In this document: positions 60,069-64,000 of the stretch, one piece after another
How the letters are laid out: each line of letters opens with the position of its first letter
How positions within the stretch are numbered: position 1 is the first letter of the stretch
Assembly: GCF_029227855.1 (NCBI RefSeq)
Contig: NZ_CP074356.1
Origin: Escherichia coli
Lineage (GTDB): Bacteria; Pseudomonadota; Gammaproteobacteria; Enterobacterales; Enterobacteriaceae
Reading direction: 5' to 3' (one strand)
DNA length: 64,000 nt
Notes under the pieces: model-generated
Told to the model about the DNA's origin: nothing
Database searches by the model: none
What the model saw: only the letters and a program-made list of their open reading frames with translations
Program-made: the position numbers and the translations under genes

Positions 60069-61064
60069 ATGAATGAATTTATAAAAGAACGGTTTTCGTA
60101 TTTAGCAGATAATAAAAAAGAAAACGCCCCAGAGCTAAATGTTTCCTACGGTATCGATAAGAATTTTTTGTATGGTGCTGGCGTTTCAATTTCTTCCGTT
60201 TTGATTAATAATTCAGATATTAATTTTGTCTTTCATGTTTTCACTGATTATGTGGATGATGATTATTTAAAGTCATTTAATGAAACAGCAAAACAATTTA
60301 ATACCTCAATTATTGTATATTTAATTGACCCCAAATACTTTGCTGATCTGCCGACGTCACAGTTTTGGTCGTACGCGACATACTTCAGGGTATTGTCTTT
60401 TGAATATCTGAGTGAAAGTATTTCCACACTGCTGTATCTGGATGCCGATGTTGTTTGTAAAGGAAGCCTGAAACCTCTCACAGAAATTATATTTAAAGAT
60501 GAGTTTGCTGCGGTCATTCCTGACAATGATAGTACTCAGGCGGCATGTGCAAAACGCCTCAACATTCCCGAAATGAATGGACGTTATTTCAATGCAGGCG
60601 TTATCTATGTCAATCTTAAAAAATGGCATGAAGCAAATTTGACACCGTATTTACTCAAACTTTTACGAGGGGAAACTAAATATGGCTCTCTTAAATATTT
60701 AGATCAGGATGCGTTGAATATCGCATTTAATATGAATAATATCTACCTTGCGAAGGATTTTGATACTATTTATACCCTGAAAAACGAACTTTATGATCGT
60801 AGTCATCGAAAGTATCAGCAAACCATTACCGATAAAACAGTGTTGATTCACTATACAGGGATAACTAAACCATGGCATAGCTGGGCTGGATATCCGTCTG
60901 CATCATACTTTAATATCGCGCGTGAACAATCTCCCTGGAAGAAATATCCTCTTAAAGAGGCGCGGACTGTTGCAGAAATGCAGAAACAATATAAGCATCT
61001 GTTTGCCCATGGTGAGTATATAAAAGGCATAACTTCATTAATTAAGTACAAGCTTAAGAAATAA
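60069..61064 (+). CDS. waaT: GT8-family LPS outer-core alpha-glycosyltransferase (WaaT-like)
   Basis: 331 aa; GT8 motif YLDADV; second GT8 before the kinase. Confidence 0.62.
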   Translation: MNEFIKERFSYLADNKKENAPELNVSYGIDKNFLYGAGVSISSVLINNSDINFVFHVFTDYVDDDYLKSFNETAKQFNTSIIVYLIDPKYFADLPTSQFWSYATYFRVLSFEYLSESISTLLYLDADVVCKGSLKPLTEIIFKDEFAAVIPDNDSTQAACAKRLNIPEMNGRYFNAGVIYVNLKKWHEANLTPYLLKLLRGETKYGSLKYLDQDALNIAFNMNNIYLAKDFDTIYTLKNELYDRSHRKYQQTITDKTVLIHYTGITKPWHSWAGYPSASYFNIAREQSPWKKYPLKEARTVAEMQKQYKHLFAHGEYIKGITSLIKYKLKK

Positions 61065-61073
61065 ATTACTCTT

Positions 61074-61766
61074 ATGATTACAAGTATACGTTATCGCGGC
61101 TTCTCATTTTATTACAAAGATAATGATAATAAATATAAAGAAATCTTTGATGAAATACTGGCCTATAATTTTAAAACAGTAAAAGTATTACGTAATATTG
61201 ATGATACCAAAGTATCATTGATTGATACGAAATATGGTCGCTATGTTTTTAAAGTCTTTGCCCCGAAAACGAAAAGGAATGAACGTTTTTTAAAATCTTT
61301 TGTAAAAGGTGACTACTATCAGAATTTGATCGTTGAAACCGATCGTGTCAGAAGTGCAGGTCTTACTTTTCCTAATGATTTTTATTTTCTGGCTGAGCGT
61401 AAAATTTTCAACTATGCCAGTGTTTTTATTATGCTTATCGAGTATGTCGAGGGCGTAGAGCTCAATGATATGCCGATTATTCCAGAAAATGTTAAAACAG
61501 AAATTAAGGCTTCAATGGAAAAATTGCATGCCTTAAATATGCTATCGGGCGACCCACACCGGGGTAATTTTATCGTTAGTAAAGATGGTGTCAGGATAAT
61601 TGACCTATCCGGTAAAAGCTGTACGGCAGAGCGTAAAGCTCGTGATCGTCTGGCCATGGAACGTCACCTGGGTATTGCCAACGAAATAAAAGATTATGGC
61701 TACTATTCAGTAATCTACAGAACCAAACTACGCAAATTTATTAAAAAATTAAAAGGCAAAGCGTAA
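61074..61766 (+). CDS. waaY: LPS core heptose(II) kinase
   Basis: 230-aa kinase-like ORF in the conserved waaY position. Confidence 0.8.
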   Translation: MITSIRYRGFSFYYKDNDNKYKEIFDEILAYNFKTVKVLRNIDDTKVSLIDTKYGRYVFKVFAPKTKRNERFLKSFVKGDYYQNLIVETDRVRSAGLTFPNDFYFLAERKIFNYASVFIMLIEYVEGVELNDMPIIPENVKTEIKASMEKLHALNMLSGDPHRGNFIVSKDGVRIIDLSGKSCTAERKARDRLAMERHLGIANEIKDYGYYSVIYRTKLRKFIKKLKGKA

Positions 61767-61791
61767 ACCACACAGTCAAAACGGAACCAAC

Positions 61792-62817
61792 ATGGATTTA
61801 TTAGCTGAGAGTATTACTGAAGTCGCTGTCTCTGGGGAAATTGCTAACACCGATCGTGTGTTAAATATCGCTTACGGTATTGACCGTAACTTTTTATTTG
61901 GTGCGGCAGTATCTATGCAATCAGTTGTTATGCATAACCCGGACCTTGCGGTTAAGTTTCATCTCTTTACCGACTACATTGATGAAGATTATCTACAACG
62001 TGTTAATGCTTTTACCAGCAAAAATGCTAACGTTGAAGTAATAATTTATAAAGTCTCCAATGCCTTTATTGATATCTTCCCCAGCCTGAAACAGTGGTCT
62101 TATGCAACATTCTTCCGTTTAGTTGCGTTCCAGTATTTGAGTGAAACTATTGAAAATCTGTTATATATCGATGCTGATGTCATCTGTAAAGGCTCATTAG
62201 CTGGATTGCTTGATATTAATTTTGATGAGGATAAGTTCGCAGCTGTTATTAAAGATGTGCCTTTTATGCAGGAAAAACCAGCGAAGCGTCTGGCTATAGA
62301 GGGACTTCCAGGGAATTATTTCAACGCCGGTGTAGTATATCTGCAGCTTGAAGCATGGGCGAAAAATGATTTTATGAATAAAGCCATTGCTATGCTGGCA
62401 AGTGACCCGCAGCACACGAAGTATAAATGCCTTGATCAGGATATTTTAAATATTCTGTTCTTTGGTCATTGTATTTTTATTAGCGGCGATTATGATTGCT
62501 TTTATGGCATTGACTATGAGTTAAAAAATAAAAGCGATGAAGATTATAAAAAGACCATTACCGATGATACTAAGCTGATTCATTATGTTGGCGTAACGAA
62601 GCCCTGGAACGACTGGACGAATTATCCCTGCCAGAAGTATTTTAATGAGGCTTATCAGGCTTCTTGCTGGAATGATGTGGCGTTTATTCCAGCCACGAAT
62701 GAAAAGCAGTATCAAGTGAAATATCAACATGCAAAGAAAAATGGTGATACGTTTAACGCTTTTATTTACTTCATTAAATTTAAATTAAATAAGTATAAAA
62801 GAAAACTATTTGGATAA
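61792..62817 (+). CDS. waaW: GT8-family LPS outer-core alpha-glycosyltransferase (WaaW-like)
   Basis: 341 aa; GT8 motif YIDADV. Confidence 0.62.
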   Translation: MDLLAESITEVAVSGEIANTDRVLNIAYGIDRNFLFGAAVSMQSVVMHNPDLAVKFHLFTDYIDEDYLQRVNAFTSKNANVEVIIYKVSNAFIDIFPSLKQWSYATFFRLVAFQYLSETIENLLYIDADVICKGSLAGLLDINFDEDKFAAVIKDVPFMQEKPAKRLAIEGLPGNYFNAGVVYLQLEAWAKNDFMNKAIAMLASDPQHTKYKCLDQDILNILFFGHCIFISGDYDCFYGIDYELKNKSDEDYKKTITDDTKLIHYVGVTKPWNDWTNYPCQKYFNEAYQASCWNDVAFIPATNEKQYQVKYQHAKKNGDTFNAFIYFIKFKLNKYKRKLFG

Positions 62818-62901
62818 TAATAAAAATCATGGATGTCTGAGTTACAATAATAATTAAGGATGAGTACTATCATATTTTATTAGTTCAGGCAAGAGAACAC
62901 G

Positions 62902-63885
62902 ATGAGCAATGATTACCCTTTAGTATCCATAATAATACCGACGTATAATTCATCTGATTACATTACTGAAACTCTAACGAAATTAGAAAAACAAACTTAC
63001 CCAAATTTTGAAATTGTTATTGTTAATGATGGTTCTAAAGATAACACATCAAACGTTTTGAGAGAGTATGGGTTAACCCACTCTCGATTAATTATTATCA
63101 ATAAAGAAAATGGCGGTGTTTCGTCTGCCAGGAATACAGGTATCCGCAAGGCGCAAGGACAGTTTATATGTTTTATGGATGATGATGATGAGATAGATCC
63201 TAACTATCTGCTGAAGATGTATACCAGACAACATGAGACGGGAGGGGATGCGATTTATTGTGGGCTTTATGGCCATTATATAAAAGATGGTGTTACTTAC
63301 TCACCTATAAATACAGAGTTTAATGAAGGATCTTTACTTTTCGACTTTTTTTATAAAAAGGTTAGATTCCATATAGGGTGCTTGTTTATAAGAAAACAAC
63401 TTCTGGAAGAGAATAATCTTTTTTTTGATGAAGATTTACGACTAGGAGAAGATCTTGATTTTATCTATCGACTGCTAATTACATGCGATATGTATGCGGT
63501 TCCATATTATATGTATAAGCATAACTATAGAGAAAATTCCTTAATGAACTCATGTAGAACCATCACTCATTATCGACATGAGTCATTTGCGCACGAAAGA
63601 ATCTACTCTTCTGTGATGCAGTTATACAAAGGTAACCGGAAAGAAGAAATTCATACATTATTGAGTCAAAATAGAGCTTATCATAAAACTCGTTATTTAT
63701 GGAATGTTCTACTTAATGGTGATTTTAAACTATTGAATCAATTAGTTGAAAGCAATGATAAAGAATTAAGAGATTGTAATCTTCCTGGCAAGAGAGATAA
63801 GAGACGAGCAAAAATATTAGCATCAAAAAATTATATTCTCTGGAGGATGGTAAGACTGGTAAATAGAAAAAAGAATAAACGTTAG
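62902..63885 (+). CDS. waaV: GT2-family LPS outer-core beta-glycosyltransferase (WaaV-like)
   Basis: 327 aa; GT2 signature IIPTYNS...VNDGSKDNT...DDDD. Confidence 0.62.
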   Translation: MSNDYPLVSIIIPTYNSSDYITETLTKLEKQTYPNFEIVIVNDGSKDNTSNVLREYGLTHSRLIIINKENGGVSSARNTGIRKAQGQFICFMDDDDEIDPNYLLKMYTRQHETGGDAIYCGLYGHYIKDGVTYSPINTEFNEGSLLFDFFYKKVRFHIGCLFIRKQLLEENNLFFDEDLRLGEDLDFIYRLLITCDMYAVPYYMYKHNYRENSLMNSCRTITHYRHESFAHERIYSSVMQLYKGNRKEEIHTLLSQNRAYHKTRYLWNVLLNGDFKLLNQLVESNDKELRDCNLPGKRDKRRAKILASKNYILWRMVRLVNRKKNKR

Positions 63886-64000
63886 ATCTTGCATTAAATA
63901 ACCCATCCTCGTAGCATAGGTTGAAACTATATGTCGTTTTGTTGGAATGAAATTAATTCTGGTATAAAGTCTTTAATTCTCATATTATGTATTTTTTCTT

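Overview
This window reads as an Escherichia coli chromosomal segment with K-12-like synteny (ilvBN, uhpABCT, ade/adeP, yicN, nepI, yicS, nlpA, yicL, setC, selC, yicJIH, xanP, gltS, recG-trmH-spoT-rpoZ-gmk, ligB, yicG, dinD, yicC, rph-pyrE, slmA, dut-coaBC, yicR, rpmBG-mutM, coaD, waaA, waaQ operon), interrupted at tRNA-Sec (selC) by an ~11.6 kb P4-like satellite prophage (15551..27194). The element is bounded by a 21-bp direct repeat of the selC 3' end and carries a P4-type integrase, alpha primase-helicase, TGTTCACC-type iteron clusters (crr-like and ori-like), a Vis/AlpA-like regulator, sid-delta-psu and a P2/P4 cos site. Its cargo slot between cos/psu and int, where P4 carries gop-beta-cII and where satellite defense hotspots have been described, holds an AT-rich two-gene operon: a 698-aa SF1 helicase-like ATPase and a 220-aa protein with no recognisable motifs. 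This is the strongest candidate for an undescribed anti-phage defense system in the window. Other points: an ~870-bp ORF between gltS and recG that I do not recall in K-12, an intact rph, an R1-like LPS outer-core gene set, and an unexplained ~640-bp AT-rich spacer between setC and the island repeat. All gene identities come from reading the supplied translations and sequence motifs; no database search was run, and starts were adjusted by hand where the ORF track over-extends.
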